NCBI GenBank assembly: GCA_963707655.1
Contig: OY970172.1
Span: forward strand, 704,001 to 768,000
Source: an uncultured bacterium
GTDB taxonomy: Bacteria; Babelota; Babeliae; Babelales; Vermiphilaceae
Length of the DNA: 64,000 bases
Direction: 5' to 3'
In this document: positions 28,628 to 38,687 of the stretch, piece by piece
How positions within the stretch are numbered: position 1 is the first letter of the stretch
How the letters are laid out: each line of letters begins with the position of its first letter
The notes under the pieces: model-generated
The model's input: the letters and a program-made list of their open reading frames with translations, nothing else
Database searches by the model: none
What the model was told of the DNA's origin: nothing
Program-made: the position numbers and the translations under genes

Positions 28628-29602
28628 CTACTTAACAAATTGCAAGCATCTGCTCCAGCGGATACGCTTGAAAAAATCAATCGGATGACGCAAGAGATCA
28701 AAAATAATCCAGGTATGTGCGCTGTCAACAGAGAAAATTCTAAATAACATTTTTCCATGAATGAGTGAGCCGTCGATTGGTCCAAAGAAACGGCAGTCAT
28801 AGCTACCTTCGCGATTGTCTCCCATGCCCCAGTATTGATTTTTACCGAGCTCAACATAAAACTCATCAGTACCGTTCCAATAACTGTTACCTACGCGAAA
28901 TGCTTTGTGGTGCTTCGATTTTTCTAGAGGCGTGCCCGGCCAGCGCAATTCTATTTCACCTGCTTTATTTCTTCTTACTCCGCTTTCTTTAATATTATAA
29001 AACGGTTGGTGATCAAATGGCTTTGAAGGGTCGTACGTTTTCCAGCGAGTGCTGTAGCTTGCTTGTTCTGAAGAAAAACTTTGCAATTCTTCCATACTTA
29101 TTTGACCGCTGAGTACATATTTTAGATTTTCTTTTTCTATCGTTTTGGGATCTATGCCATAGATACCAATGAGAGGATATTGGTTAAGATACGGTTCATT
29201 AAGCTTTTCGCCATTGAGGTAAACCGCTGTTTTGCCATCTTCAATAACTCCCCTGATTGTGTCACCGGGAACAGCAATCAAACGCTTGGTTACGTTGGTT
29301 GGACCCCAGACATAATACTGAAAAAGTTTTTTGACAGGGTTTGAGGAATATTTGAAGGTCACATCATTTAACGAGATAATTTCCCCGCGTCTGGGTGCGC
29401 GAAACCAATAGGTCAGCTTATCAGCAAAAAAACTTTCGCCAATCAGCATGGTTGTTTCTGCCGATCCGGTTGGCACTTGGTACAAGCCAAAACCAAATGT
29501 TCTGACAGCAAAGATAACAACGATCCAAAGAAGCAATTCGCCCCAACTGTTTTTACCAAAATTTTTTTTGTAAAAAGGCGTATTCGATTTTTTTTCCAAC
29601 AT
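28628..29602 (-). CDS. lepB: Signal peptidase I (paralog B)
   Basis: VPTGSAETT, TKRLIAVPGD, MGDNREGSYDCRFFG. Confidence 0.93.
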   Translation of the reverse strand: MLEKKSNTPFYKKNFGKNSWGELLLWIVVIFAVRTFGFGLYQVPTGSAETTMLIGESFFADKLTYWFRAPRRGEIISLNDVTFKYSSNPVKKLFQYYVWGPTNVTKRLIAVPGDTIRGVIEDGKTAVYLNGEKLNEPYLNQYPLIGIYGIDPKTIEKENLKYVLSGQISMEELQSFSSEQASYSTRWKTYDPSKPFDHQPFYNIKESGVRRNKAGEIELRWPGTPLEKSKHHKAFRVGNSYWNGTDEFYVELGKNQYWGMGDNREGSYDCRFFGPIDGSLIHGKMLFRIFSVDSAHTWIIFDLLRHPIDFFKRIRWSRCLQFVK

Positions 29603-29634
29603 TAATCATCCCTTAAAAAATATTTTATACATCA

Positions 29635-30569
29635 CTATACTAAATAATACATAGGATTCACCCGTTTACCAAACTTGTACACTTCAAAATGCAGGTGCGA
29701 AGGGTCTCTGCCCGATTTGCTGCGCACAATGCCCGTGTCTCCTACTTTTCCTATGATTTCTCCCTGTTCTACTTTTTGTCCTATGCGCACCAATATAGTA
29801 TTTAAATGCGCATAACGAGTTTTATATTTATTGTTGTGCATTACCACAACGGTCTTGCCAAATCCGGCCCCGTGAGTTGCTTCAACCACCATGCCGGCAT
29901 ACGCTGCTTTTACCGGTGTTCCTTTCAATGCTGCCATATCAATACCATAATGAAAGCCCCATGCGCCGCTTGGCTGTTTGCGTGGGCCAAAGAATGAACT
30001 GAGCCAGAACTGTGAATTTTCAATCGGCCATGCAAAGTAAATATCCCGCTTGCCATCCATCACGGATGGTTTTTGGCGCATTGGTTGCTGACTCTTTATT
30101 CGCCTCGTTCTATTGCGCGTAGATGCTCTCTTTTTATTTGATGCGCTCTCTGTTAATTGCTCATTATAATCGCGCCAATCGCTCAAATTTATCTGATGGC
30201 GTATGTTGTCATGCGCATCACAAAAATCAAGCATTGATTGCTTTAGATAGAGTTGATCGCGATTAACCACAACAAATGATTCTTTTAATTCATCAGATTC
30301 TTTTTTTTTTCGCTATTCTCTTGCGTAGAATCGCCCCGATCTTGCATCTCATTATATTCATCGACTATTTTTTTCACTGCCACCACATAACTGCGATATT
30401 CTTCTTTAAGCTGAAGCAATTTCTCTGCTTGGTTTTTAAAGTAAAAATATTCGTACATCAGCAATGAACAAACCGCCGTGACCATAAGCAAAACGGCAAC
30501 AATACCTGCAACGATATAATGCGTATATATTTTTTTAACCATGTTCCCCGTAGTAATTGTATATGCCAC
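29635..30569 (-). CDS. M23-family metallopeptidase with N-terminal TM/coiled coil, split by a -1 frameshift at an A10 run (30301-30310)
   Basis: Downstream ORF has HYGID, YAHL and HLHFEV M23 motifs; upstream ORF supplies TM plus coiled coil; frames join at GAA AAA AAA AAG. Confidence 0.85.
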
Positions 30570-30570
30570 G

Positions 30571-31272
30571 CTATATTAGTAGGAGATCTTCCCGAGCCAT
30601 CCAGCCCTTAAGATGCTTGTCTTTTATTTTTATCCACTGCTCACGCTGCTCTACAATAGCAACTTCTGTTGCATGCGGCAATTGTGCAATACTTTGATAG
30701 CTCGTATCAGGACCGGTAAATATCTGTGCCTGATCTTTTGTTATTATGCCAATCTGCCGATGCATTCGATAATACTTTAGACCCACTGCTCCTGCAGCAC
30801 ACAACGCGACAAAAACAAGAATCAGCAATAACAACCATCGCCTCTTCTTGTACCACGCGCACGCGAGCCCCAAAAGTATACACCAAAAAAACAAAAATAA
30901 GAGCTGTGTCGCCAAAGGGGACCAAGAGTCAACAACGGACCATGTCGTATCAAAAAAATTTGGCTCTTTACCCAAATGCTTTTCTGCCATGCGGATGTTT
31001 GCAGCAATCGCCTGATACTGATGACCGGAGGCAGTTTTTGCTGCTTTGCGCCAATACGCGTAAGCCCTTAGATAATCTCCCTGTTGATAAAAACAGTTGC
31101 CTAGGTTATACCAAACCGCATTACTTGTATTGTTCATGCGTTCATAGCTTTTTATCGCATCGGCATATTTTTCTTGCATATATAATTGATTGCCGCGCAA
31201 AAACGTTTCTTCGTCCGCACTATTGGCGTGAAGAGCAGAAAACATACAGAAAAAAACAAATGCTATAATCAT
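30571..31272 (-). CDS. batE: BatE-like TPR plus SH3b membrane protein
   Basis: TPR YNLGNCFY, two TM segments, SH3-like EQREQWIKI...KGW; last gene of the bat cluster. Confidence 0.8.
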   Translation of the reverse strand: MIIAFVFFCMFSALHANSADEETFLRGNQLYMQEKYADAIKSYERMNNTSNAVWYNLGNCFYQQGDYLRAYAYWRKAAKTASGHQYQAIAANIRMAEKHLGKEPNFFDTTWSVVDSWSPLATQLLFLFFWCILLGLACAWYKKRRWLLLLILVFVALCAAGAVGLKYYRMHRQIGIITKDQAQIFTGPDTSYQSIAQLPHATEVAIVEQREQWIKIKDKHLKGWMAREDLLLI

Positions 31273-32984
31273 AAAGAAGCCCTTTTCTTCAAAAAGGTGA
31301 TCCACTTTTCCGCCTCGTTAAAGAGCATATCGTGTGACAATGTAGCCGTGAAAAACCGCGCTTGAGTCAGCGCTATGAAAAAATGTTGCCACTCTACCAA
31401 GTCCTGCCGCGTTGCATGTTGTTCGAACCACTGCTCAATTGCAGCCCCGGTTACTGCTGATGGCTCTTGTTTGAGAATTGCTGCAAAAAGCGCTATGAAA
31501 ACTGAATAAAGCTGGGCATAATCTTTTTTGGCGCGTGCGCTGATCAGGTCGGCGCGTGCAATGCGCATCAAGCGCCATCGTCTAAAGCTGGGTACTATTT
31601 CATCAATCATTATTTTATTGTGTATAGTGGCCACCCATACCATATATATCAGCGGCATTAGCGCCAAGAGGATAAATAGCCACCACGGCATATGAGCGCT
31701 ATGTCCGCGCATGCCATACAGATTACGAACAATCCCCTTAATTTCAGGGCGATCATTCTCGTTATGCCCTTTTTCATGTGCTTCTTCTTCATGAAAGAGC
31801 TGTTGCTGATTTTCAGATTTTAAAATTGTTACCGGCACTACATTAGTATGCATCGTGATATATCTATGCTGCTCAACATCAAAATAGGTAACTGATTGCG
31901 CAGGAATTTCTATCTCGCCCGCTTTTTTTGCCTGAATTACATATTCAAAACATTGCTTATCGCCGGCAAAATATTTTTTTGATTCATATACCTTTAATGC
32001 ATCGGGAATTTTTTGCAGCGGAAATTGCTCAAGATCAACATCTCCTTCAAGCGTTATCGTGAGAGTGGCCCCTTCCCCTTCATGCATTACTGACGGAGAA
32101 AGAGATGCATATATCTTTTGGCAATGACCAATACCATCAACTCTGCCTTTGTACGGCGGAAGCGGATCAACCATAAGAGTAGCCGCATTGGAATATATAG
32201 TTTTTGCAATACGTGTGCCAAAAAGGGTTGAAAAAAAATCATACTGCTCCGGGCGCATCGTGTAATCAATCCGGTATGCAGGGACAACTATTTGACCGGT
32301 CTTGTTGGGATATATTTCCCATTGCCATTGAATATAGTCGGCCACAACCCCGTTAACCTCTTCGCGCCCAACACGCGCTTCTTGCCGGTTTTTAATTATG
32401 TATCCCTGATCTTTCTCCGGCTCGGGTTCAACAACCGTATGAAACTCAATAGACGGGTCAAGACGATAAAAACGGAGCGTAGCATATATTTTTTCGCCGA
32501 CTACTGCTTTTTCACTACTTAAAAACAAATGAGCCAAAGCTAACTCGTCATTCTTTTTTTGATGACGCTGTTGCTGATGCCGTTGCTGCTGACGAGCAAC
32601 TGCTTGATCACTCACTACAACTTCAATCGGCTCTGAGACCAAAACAGTAGTTCCTGATTTCACTCGTGCAGGGCCAAATGTGTAGGTGCCCGGTTTGTCA
32701 ATACGCGCAGCAAAACTATAGGTAACGCGTGATACCCCATTTATACTTACCATTTTAAAGCCGGTTCGGTGCAACGGGCCAATGGGGGATTTAATTTCAG
32801 GAGTAGAAAAATCTGCGGTGCCTCCTTCAATAGTCACTTCTAAATTAAAAGGTTGCCCGATTCCAGCTGTGTCTAATTGTTCGCCATTTGCCATGCGCGC
32901 ATCTAAACTGATTTGAGCATGCGTAACAGAAATAACACATATGAGAATCGACCATATAAAATTACCAACGCGGGGCATTACCAT
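31269..32984 (-). CDS. batD: BatD-family protein
   Basis: Signal peptide, SING, GTYTFGPA, repeated Ig-like beta segments, C-terminal TM; cluster position. Confidence 0.8.
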   Translation of the reverse strand: MVMPRVGNFIWSILICVISVTHAQISLDARMANGEQLDTAGIGQPFNLEVTIEGGTADFSTPEIKSPIGPLHRTGFKMVSINGVSRVTYSFAARIDKPGTYTFGPARVKSGTTVLVSEPIEVVVSDQAVARQQQRHQQQRHQKKNDELALAHLFLSSEKAVVGEKIYATLRFYRLDPSIEFHTVVEPEPEKDQGYIIKNRQEARVGREEVNGVVADYIQWQWEIYPNKTGQIVVPAYRIDYTMRPEQYDFFSTLFGTRIAKTIYSNAATLMVDPLPPYKGRVDGIGHCQKIYASLSPSVMHEGEGATLTITLEGDVDLEQFPLQKIPDALKVYESKKYFAGDKQCFEYVIQAKKAGEIEIPAQSVTYFDVEQHRYITMHTNVVPVTILKSENQQQLFHEEEAHEKGHNENDRPEIKGIVRNLYGMRGHSAHMPWWLFILLALMPLIYMVWVATIHNKIMIDEIVPSFRRWRLMRIARADLISARAKKDYAQLYSVFIALFAAILKQEPSAVTGAAIEQWFEQHATRQDLVEWQHFFIALTQARFFTATLSHDMLFNEAEKWITFLKKRASL

Positions 32985-34044
32985 TTTTGCTCCTTTTTGG
33001 TTGCTGATTATCAATCATCATTTTAATGAGTTGCTTGTTAAGCTGTGCATCTTGTTTGTCCTGCTTTTCAACAATTTCTGCCAAAGCAGCATCAAGCTTT
33101 TCCAGGCCCTGATTTTTTCTAGTTTCCTGCTTTTGCTCACCGGCTGATTTTCCCGCTTGTTCTTCTTTTTCATCTTTCTCAGCAGCTGCTTGCCCGGCGT
33201 CCGCTTTCTCTTGCTTGGCCTGCTCCTCTTTGCTCATAGCATCGGATGATTGGGAATTATTATTTTTTTGTTTGTCAGCATTGTGTTGCGATTCAGAATC
33301 TTTTTGTTCCTGCTTTTTTCCTTTATCTGATTGTTCTTTTCCTGAATCTGACTCTTCTTCTTGCTCCCCCTGATCATCTTTTTCGTGCTCCTCGGCGCTA
33401 TTCTGCGATTGCTCTTTATTCTGTCCTTTTGATTGGTCCTGAGAACCTGATTCATTATTTTCATTTTGTTGGTTGTCTTGATCAGATCCTTCTGATTGTT
33501 CATTTTTTTGATCAAAATTTTGTTTATCTTTTTTGTCTTGTTTATTCTTTTGATTATTGTTTTTATCTTTTTGCTGCTGCTGTTGTTGCTTGTTCTGCTC
33601 TTCCTCTTGCTTCTTTTTGAGCATATCTTTCACAATCTCAAGATTTTTTTTAGCTCTTTCATTATCAGCATTCAAGCGCAATACTTCTTCATAACGCGCA
33701 ATTGCATCTTCTAATTTATCCTGCTTGGCGTAAGCATTGCCTAGATTGAATAATGCCTGCTCATGCAATAAAGAGGCCTCTTCTTTACTCAGGCGAGCTG
33801 CACGCTCAAAATAACTGACTGCCTGATCAACACTGTTTTTTTTGTACGCAATTACTCCTGCATCATACAAATAGTGCGCCTCATCAGGATGATCAACAAG
33901 TGCAGGCGTCAACAACTGCTCTGCTTTTTGCCAATCTCCTTTGTTGCCCGCAGCCACTGCGCGATCATAAGAAAATAATGGCTTTGCTTGCATAGAGCCA
34001 AAAGAAAATAAAATAAAAAATGTAGATATAAAAAAATGCTTCAT
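32962..34044 (-). CDS. batC: BatC-like TPR protein with Q/K/E low-complexity tail
   Basis: ALFNLGNAY, AKKNLE, long acidic/Gln-rich tail ending in W. Confidence 0.82.
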   Translation of the reverse strand: MKHFFISTFFILFSFGSMQAKPLFSYDRAVAAGNKGDWQKAEQLLTPALVDHPDEAHYLYDAGVIAYKKNSVDQAVSYFERAARLSKEEASLLHEQALFNLGNAYAKQDKLEDAIARYEEVLRLNADNERAKKNLEIVKDMLKKKQEEEQNKQQQQQQKDKNNNQKNKQDKKDKQNFDQKNEQSEGSDQDNQQNENNESGSQDQSKGQNKEQSQNSAEEHEKDDQGEQEEESDSGKEQSDKGKKQEQKDSESQHNADKQKNNNSQSSDAMSKEEQAKQEKADAGQAAAEKDEKEEQAGKSAGEQKQETRKNQGLEKLDAALAEIVEKQDKQDAQLNKQLIKMMIDNQQPKRSKNGNAPRW

Positions 34045-35042
34045 AGTAGCCATTCAATCACCAAACAGATAAAAGCGGACAATACAAACCAAGCATATTT
34101 TTCCTCATAGCTCTCTCTTTTAGTTTCATCAATTTTTTCTTTATCGAACGCAGACAACCGATCTATCATAACCTGAATGTCAGTCGCATCAGAAGTTGCA
34201 TGTTGGTAAAAACCACCCGTTTCTTTTACCAATTTTTTTAGCAATGGCTCATTCAAACGTGATATCACAACAGCCCCTTTGCTATCTTTTTCATAGCCGG
34301 TCTGCTGACCGCGCTGATCAAATGACGGTACCGGCGCCCCATCGGTGCTGCCCACACCAAATGCAAAAATGCGCAAATCGAGCGCTAACGCTTCTTTTTT
34401 AACCCGCGCCAAATCGTCAGAAAAATCTTCTCCGTCGGTCAAGATTACCAATAATTTATTTTTACGGTCAGCCATTTTTGAGAACAGCGCAATTCCTTCT
34501 TTAATAACCTGATCAAGAGCTGTTCCTCCCGCAGAAGTAGAATGGGAATCAACCTGATCCAAAAACATAAAAAATGAATCATAATCGGTAGTCAGCGGGC
34601 ACACAAGGCACGGAGCACCTGCAAACAAAAGCAAGCCAACGCGATCAAAAGGCAAGCTATTAACCAATGAATGAATTTTTTCTTTGGCAAATGTGAGCCG
34701 ATCAGGAGTCATGTCTTTGGCAAGCATGCTGCGAGAAATATCAAGCGCAATCAAAACATCGCGCCCCTGGTATGTGATCTGTTCCTCTTTTTTATTCCAT
34801 TGCGGGCGAAGCAGGGCAAGAATAAGTAATGTTATACCAGCGAAGAACAACAATGATTTAATAATCTGCCTACTCAATGAATAATGTTGTATCAACGAGC
34901 GTTGTTTGCCGCCCCCAGTCAGTATTGAGACAACCTTTTGTCTCCGTTGCACCATATACACAAGAAGAGTTATAACGGGAACCAAGATAAAAAAAAGAAT
35001 CGCATGCTCATACGATCCCCAATGAATATCAAATCTGTTCAT
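34041..35042 (-). CDS. batB: BatB VWA-domain protein
   Basis: ALLRPQW, MIDAS DISRSM, PLTTDY, LTDGED. Confidence 0.88.
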   Translation of the reverse strand: MNRFDIHWGSYEHAILFFILVPVITLLVYMVQRRQKVVSILTGGGKQRSLIQHYSLSRQIIKSLLFFAGITLLILALLRPQWNKKEEQITYQGRDVLIALDISRSMLAKDMTPDRLTFAKEKIHSLVNSLPFDRVGLLLFAGAPCLVCPLTTDYDSFFMFLDQVDSHSTSAGGTALDQVIKEGIALFSKMADRKNKLLVILTDGEDFSDDLARVKKEALALDLRIFAFGVGSTDGAPVPSFDQRGQQTGYEKDSKGAVVISRLNEPLLKKLVKETGGFYQHATSDATDIQVMIDRLSAFDKEKIDETKRESYEEKYAWFVLSAFICLVIEWLL

Positions 35043-36028
35043 AAACTAAACCATATCAATGATGAAAGAATTAACTCAAAACAAAGCAGTATCAAAGCTG
35101 CAAAAATAAATGGCATAAAAATATCGTGACTATGCGTGTAGCGATCAACCTCATATTTTGTTTTTTCTAGTGCATCTATCGTGTCGTATACGCCACGCAT
35201 ATCTTTTGCATCGTGCGCTTTGAAATATTGTCCGCCAGTATCATGCGCAATTGTCTGCAATAATTTTTTATCATATCCCTGCGTGGGAACCATGCCTAAT
35301 CCCGGCACGAAGAAATAGGGTTTATAACCGCCAACCCCAATCGTATATATTTTGATTCCTAATTGCTTGGCAATAGAAATGGCAACCTGAGAATCAAGAT
35401 CACTCTCGCTCGGTGCACCATCGGTTAACAAAATAATAATTTTACTTTTTGCGGGAGAATTTTTTAAACGATTAGCAGCTGTGACCAATGCGGTAGAGAT
35501 GCAGGTTTCATTTGGATCGAGCAAGCCAATTTGCACGTCGGCAATAATGTCACGCACCATTTTTTTATCAAGCGTTAATGGACAACGGGAAAATGCTTCC
35601 CACGCAAAGAGCACCAATCCTATTGAGTCGTTGGTGCGTTTGTTTACAAAATGCAATGCCTCTTCTTTTGCAATGGCAATGCGCGAGCGTGGATCTTTTT
35701 CATCATCAATTCCCTGCATACTGCCGGAAATATCAAGCACCAACACAATATCAATACCATGCATGCTGGTTTTCGAATGCACATCTACCAGCTGCGGCAT
35801 GGGGATAACAAAAATTAAAAGTAAAAATACCACCACGCGCATAAGGGCGAGAATTTTTTTATGCGGATGTGTGGAGGCATGACCATGTGTTTGTAGTTGA
35901 GCACCCAATGAGTACTTATAGACGGTCCCCGTGTACCAAAATCTTTTTGCGTACAGTATCAACAGCAAAACGGGGATAAGCAATAAAAACAAGTAAGGAT
36001 AAACAAATTGGAAAGAAGTAGTGAACAC
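35039..36028 (-). CDS. batA: BatA VWA-domain protein
   Basis: GIDIVLVLDISGSM, CPLTLD, LLTDG, IYTIGVG, TGGQYF.A. Confidence 0.9.
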   Translation of the reverse strand: MFTTSFQFVYPYLFLLLIPVLLLILYAKRFWYTGTVYKYSLGAQLQTHGHASTHPHKKILALMRVVVFLLLIFVIPMPQLVDVHSKTSMHGIDIVLVLDISGSMQGIDDEKDPRSRIAIAKEEALHFVNKRTNDSIGLVLFAWEAFSRCPLTLDKKMVRDIIADVQIGLLDPNETCISTALVTAANRLKNSPAKSKIIILLTDGAPSESDLDSQVAISIAKQLGIKIYTIGVGGYKPYFFVPGLGMVPTQGYDKKLLQTIAHDTGGQYFKAHDAKDMRGVYDTIDALEKTKYEVDRYTHSHDIFMPFIFAALILLCFELILSSLIWFSL

Positions 36029-36031
36029 TTT

Positions 36032-36754
36032 TTATTCCTTGTTCTGCTCAATGAACCAGCGATGCACTCTATCATGAAAAATTTCATCAGATTCATTGTC
36101 GCCTTTATAAAGCGGTTTGCCAACCGTCACGGTTATTGGTGCACAGTGTATCCAAAAAGTATCCGGTGGATAGGCAATGTTTACTCCTTTAATAAAGATC
36201 GGCACTACTGGGCGATTCATTTTTTTTGCCAGTATAACAAAGCCGGCAAAAAAATCATGAATTTTGCCATCATCATAGCGCCCACCCTCAGGAAAAATAA
36301 TTACATGACACCGCTTGCCATTCACCCGCTTTATTGCCGCAATCAGAGTGCGCATGCCTGCTATAGGACTACTCACATCAACCAAGACGGCAACTTTGGG
36401 CAAGATAAAGCGCAAAATAGGGGACGACATCAAGGTATTAATCGCCATCCACACATGCGGGTAGCCACGCAACGCATAAACAAGCAGAGGAATATCCAAC
36501 GATGATTGATGATTGGCCGCAATAATTGCCGGCTCATGCGGCATGTTTTCCAAACCGCTATAGCTGATCGGCATGCATGAAGTTTTGAGCATCAGCCAAC
36601 AAAAGCTATATTCGAGCCAATAATAGAATTTTGTTTCAAATCCCCACCTGCGTGGCAATAGAAAAAGAATGAGCATCGGCGCCAAATAGGTCGCCATGAG
36701 AACAAAAAGAATGAACCGAGAAAAAAGTGTTTGAGCTACTACTGCTGCTTTCAT
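36032..36754 (-). CDS. plsC: 1-acyl-sn-glycerol-3-phosphate acyltransferase
   Basis: NHQSSLD (HX4D) and FPEGGR motifs. Confidence 0.88.
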   Translation of the reverse strand: MKAAVVAQTLFSRFILFVLMATYLAPMLILFLLPRRWGFETKFYYWLEYSFCWLMLKTSCMPISYSGLENMPHEPAIIAANHQSSLDIPLLVYALRGYPHVWMAINTLMSSPILRFILPKVAVLVDVSSPIAGMRTLIAAIKRVNGKRCHVIIFPEGGRYDDGKIHDFFAGFVILAKKMNRPVVPIFIKGVNIAYPPDTFWIHCAPITVTVGKPLYKGDNESDEIFHDRVHRWFIEQNKE

Positions 36755-36763
36755 AGATTCCTT

Positions 36764-37510
36764 TTAAGACTTTTTACCATAATAAAGATTAAATTGATCA
36801 TGTATTTTTTTGACATAAAAGTTAGTTACATAGCAGATGGGTATCACGAGCGCCAATCCCCCAGCTATGAGCGTACCCGGCATTACAGATGCCGGCAAAT
36901 ATGCATAGATGGGCCAGAATATAGATTGCACCACCCACAGAGGTAAAAAATAACCAAATAACCAAAATGGCGCATTGTAGATAAACATTTTAATGGTGCG
37001 CCATAATGCCATGAAGCAATTAACAAAGCTCGGCTTGGTATCAACAAAAAAAAGAATCCAAGCCCACCACAATGGCTGATCTAATTTAAATATGAGATGA
37101 AATGAAGGGAACAACCCAAGTTTGAATAACAGAAATCCGAGAGCACTAACAGCCACACCGAACAGCGCGAGACAAACAACAAAATAAAGAAAATGCTTTT
37201 TATACGACAAGAAATAAGAAATATTTTTTTTAAGGGTTGAGGGCCGGGCAGCAAGTATTGTTGCAAAAAGTAAGAGCAACACAAATAACACAGCAAACGC
37301 AAAGACTACTACTGCATAAGCATAAGTGCGCGGAACTACGAAAGAAAAAACAAACAGCGCAGCGAAAAATAAACCAATAAACAACCCAAGACGAGTTATA
37401 AGAGTTTTGTAGGTTTGCACTATAGAATTGAGAGTGACCAATAAAAAAAGCTTAAAGTTTTTTGGTCGCAGTATCTCGAGTGAATCTTTCCATGCTTCTA
37501 ACAAATTCAT
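36764..37510 (-). CDS. Hypothetical multi-pass membrane protein
   Basis: Long ORF with about 6 hydrophobic segments, RBS GGAG upstream. Confidence 0.75.
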   Translation of the reverse strand: MNLLEAWKDSLEILRPKNFKLFLLVTLNSIVQTYKTLITRLGLFIGLFFAALFVFSFVVPRTYAYAVVVFAFAVLFVLLLLFATILAARPSTLKKNISYFLSYKKHFLYFVVCLALFGVAVSALGFLLFKLGLFPSFHLIFKLDQPLWWAWILFFVDTKPSFVNCFMALWRTIKMFIYNAPFWLFGYFLPLWVVQSIFWPIYAYLPASVMPGTLIAGGLALVIPICYVTNFYVKKIHDQFNLYYGKKS

Positions 37511-37584
37511 TTATTTCTCCTGAATATTGTATGTAAATTCAGGATTCATTTTACCTCGTTTTTTATTTTTTTAAATGTTGGCAC

Positions 37585-37617
37585 AAAAAAAGGAGGAGAT
37601 TTTGAGTCTCCTCCTTT
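37585..37617 (-). terminator. Intrinsic terminator
   Basis: aaaggaggaga...tctcctccttt stem with U-tract on - strand. Confidence 0.75.
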
Positions 37618-37670
37618 ATAAGTTATATGTACTGTTTCAATACAAAAAATTATGTTTGTTGTTGAGATTG

Positions 37671-38273
37671 TTATTGATTGGTACCACATTTTTCTTGTTG
37701 ATCATTGCCGCTTTGCGCTTGCTCAGTCGGGGTAGCATCTTTTTTGGCCATCCAGTCATAGAGCATTTTAGCAGTTATCGCAACCAGACCTGTTCCGGCA
37801 ATTGCGATTGCGAATATTGCTGCTCCTCTATTCACAGCACTCATGCGCCTTGCATGTTCAAAGTCCATTGCTGCTGCTGAGGAAAGCGCATCTCGCATCT
37901 TTTGTACCATCTCATGCTGAACGTCATTTTCTACACAAAGGTCAAGATATTCAACTATATCATGATAGTTACAATAGCAGGTCATTTTTTTTGTAACGTC
38001 CCAAAACCTAGCCTCTTTGCCGTAAAACTCGATATGGTCTATTTGAAAGGATAAAAATCGCAGCAAGCTCTCGCCCATGGTCTCAAGAGATTGAGTACTT
38101 TCTGGATTACAAAAACGCTTCTTATTCTCTAAATAAGAGTCTATGTTAAACATTTTTTGCATAGCGCTCACCGTTGCGTCTCCGGCAATCTGATCCATGG
38201 CAAAGCTGTTGCTACAAAAGGTGATCCAAGTCAAAATTACCAATGCCAGGCGATTAAATTTATTATTATTCAT
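37671..38273 (-). CDS. Secreted hypothetical protein with C-terminal TM segment
   Basis: Signal peptide ending SFA-MDQ; hydrophobic AAIFAIAIAGTGLVAI near C-terminus. Confidence 0.7.
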   Translation of the reverse strand: MNNNKFNRLALVILTWITFCSNSFAMDQIAGDATVSAMQKMFNIDSYLENKKRFCNPESTQSLETMGESLLRFLSFQIDHIEFYGKEARFWDVTKKMTCYCNYHDIVEYLDLCVENDVQHEMVQKMRDALSSAAAMDFEHARRMSAVNRGAAIFAIAIAGTGLVAITAKMLYDWMAKKDATPTEQAQSGNDQQEKCGTNQ

Positions 38274-38687
38274 AACATTCCATCCATTAAAATAATTGAT
38301 AATTATCACACTTATATATATTTTTCATTTTAGGCTGATTCAAAAAAAAGTCAACTTGAATTTAACGCGCGACTCTCATTGAAACCTTATGTCCAGGTTT
38401 TCTCCCCCATCTTAGCGGGAATGGGCCAAAAACTTTTTTGAGAGCCATAAGAGGAAAACCTTGAGTGCTCCAGCGCCCTGACCTCCCTTCAATTCCTAAT
38501 GAGCATTATTAATTGATGTTTTTTACCCATTTGGCCGATTATTTGACTTTTAGAAAATTTTTCACATATTATAAAAAAGAGTAGTAGACAAAATAAGCTC
38601 ACATGATACAAATATACATTACTTTTTACTATTCCAACCAAACACGACAAAAGGGTTTTACCCCATTATTAGGGATTATAATTATTT

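Noticed and set aside
33120..33620. Low-complexity Q/K/E/N repeats and overlapping alternative-frame ORFs
   Set aside because: Normal disordered tail of BatC-type proteins; the other ORFs are shadows of biased composition.
30571..36028. bat cluster as a novel system
   Set aside because: Matches the known BatA-E organisation; the usual MoxR and DUF58 partners are not adjacent but may lie elsewhere in the genome.
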